A stretch of 64,000 nt of DNA from positions 311,364,001 through 311,428,000 of the forward strand of contig OZ024741.1 of the NCBI GenBank assembly GCA_964016885.1, written 5' to 3'. Shown piece after piece: positions 62,715-64,000 of the stretch. The stretch comes from Eledone cirrhosa. Its lineage: Eukaryota. Made by a program: the position numbers and the translations under genes. The first letter of the stretch is position 1; each line of letters starts with the position of its first letter. Under the pieces are notes generated by a model that saw nothing but the letters and a program-made list of their open reading frames with translations, was not told the origin of the DNA and made no database searches.

Positions 62715-64000
62715 GATCATTCACAGTGCTCCCACAATCACTGGTATTGTAACGGCCTTGAGGTGCCACATTTTGTTTCGATCAACTAGCAGATATTTAT
62801 ATTTTGTTAGCTTGTCAAATTCTTTTGCCACGATATTATAATCACATGGGATGCTCATATCAATCAATAAACAGACCTTGGTATGTTGGTCGTTTATAAT
62901 GATAGTTGATCTATTAGATTTCATGGTCCTGTCAGTATATACAGGAAAATCCCAAAGAATTTGTAATTCTTCTCTTTCAGTTACAGCCACAGGGTAGTGG
63001 TTGTCAGCAGCTTTGATTTTATAATGCCGACATAATACCCAATACAGATATTGTCCAACTCTCTCATGTCTATATTTGTACTCTACTGGGGCTAAAACTT
63101 TACATCTGGAAACTAGGTAGTCTACTGTTTCAAACTCAACATTGCAAAATCGGCACTTTGGATTTACTCCATTTCCCATCACATTGGCCTGGTAGTTCCT
63201 TGCCAGTAAGGTTTGATCTTGGGCAGGTACCCTGAAGCCTTCGCTCCCTGCTTTTAGCTCTGAATTACCTAGCCACTGATGGGAATGATTCTGGTCAATA
63301 TCAGCTTGTTTGCTACGGGCCACATATTTGCCATGCAAACGTTTCTGCTGCTTCTTTGCTGCTAATGGTTCTTGCCCATTTGCTTTTGCCATTAATTTTA
63401 TATGATTAGCAGCATCGGTTGCAACAGTTTCCTTAGTCTGTGCAACCTGGGGATCACGCATGAGATCAGTAGCGTATTTTATTATCTCCTTCAAGATATA
63501 ATGAAGCTTCTTACTTCCCTCATGTTTTTCAACAGATTTCAGTATACAGTCGTTTGTTGTTACAAGCTATTTGGTCAGTACAATAGTGGTGGTCTTGTAG
63601 GTAAGTTCAAATTGAATCAGGTCACGGCCTCCTTGAGCTCTAGGAAGGTAAATGCGATCCACATCTGCTTTCATGTTGTGCATCCTATTACAAGTCAGTA
63701 ACTTATGGATTTTTGTGTTAATTTTTTTATTTTACTCATATTCCAGTTCAACACACCGAGCATATAAGTGACAACTGGAACTACCAAGGAATTTATGAGT
63801 AACGCTTGTTATATGCATTTAGTTCTGATCTCAGACCTGCGCGTTCTCTCCTGTAACATTCCTTCCTTATCCTCTCTTTCATACTTGCATGCTGAATGCT
63901 ACAGCCCTCATTAATCCCTAGGAATTTATAGGTTTGTTCCTGCTCAAGTTCCTTTATGAATGTTTCAGCATCTAATTCGACTGAGTTTGATTTGACATGA
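62715..64000 (-). mobile_element. R4/Dong-like LINE 3' fragment (continues past window end)
   Basis: YKFLG, AQDQ, CRFC...ETVDYLVSRC, RHE, ILWDF and KLTKYKYL motifs. Confidence 0.85.

Overview
Animal (metazoan) genomic DNA, rich in AT and microsatellites, with one 200-N scaffold gap (7000-7199). The tRNA-derived SINEs resemble those I recognise from octopus/cephalopod genomes, but that assignment is an inference. Nearly the whole window is nested, mostly decayed transposons. These include at least seven Penelope-like retroelements (PLEs; Hydra-, Neptune- and Poseidon-type), several Helitrons, R4/Dong-like, RTE, Tx1/L1-like and CRE-like non-LTR elements, a mariner and a probable hAT remnant. 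The only host-gene signal is a set of tandemly duplicated phase 1-1 EGF-like exons on the minus strand, one intact and three damaged. The two most interesting observations are as follows. (1) A Hydra-type PLE endonuclease fragment (9085-9545, minus) has only two in-frame stops. Both are TGA and both sit at cysteines conserved in two paralogues in this same window, making it a candidate selenocysteine-recoded retroelement, although no convincing SECIS is visible. (2) There are about nine hammerhead-ribozyme motifs at PLE ends, including a complete one with a U3-A8 core covariation. Many PLE insertions also form long fold-back (dsRNA-capable) structures.
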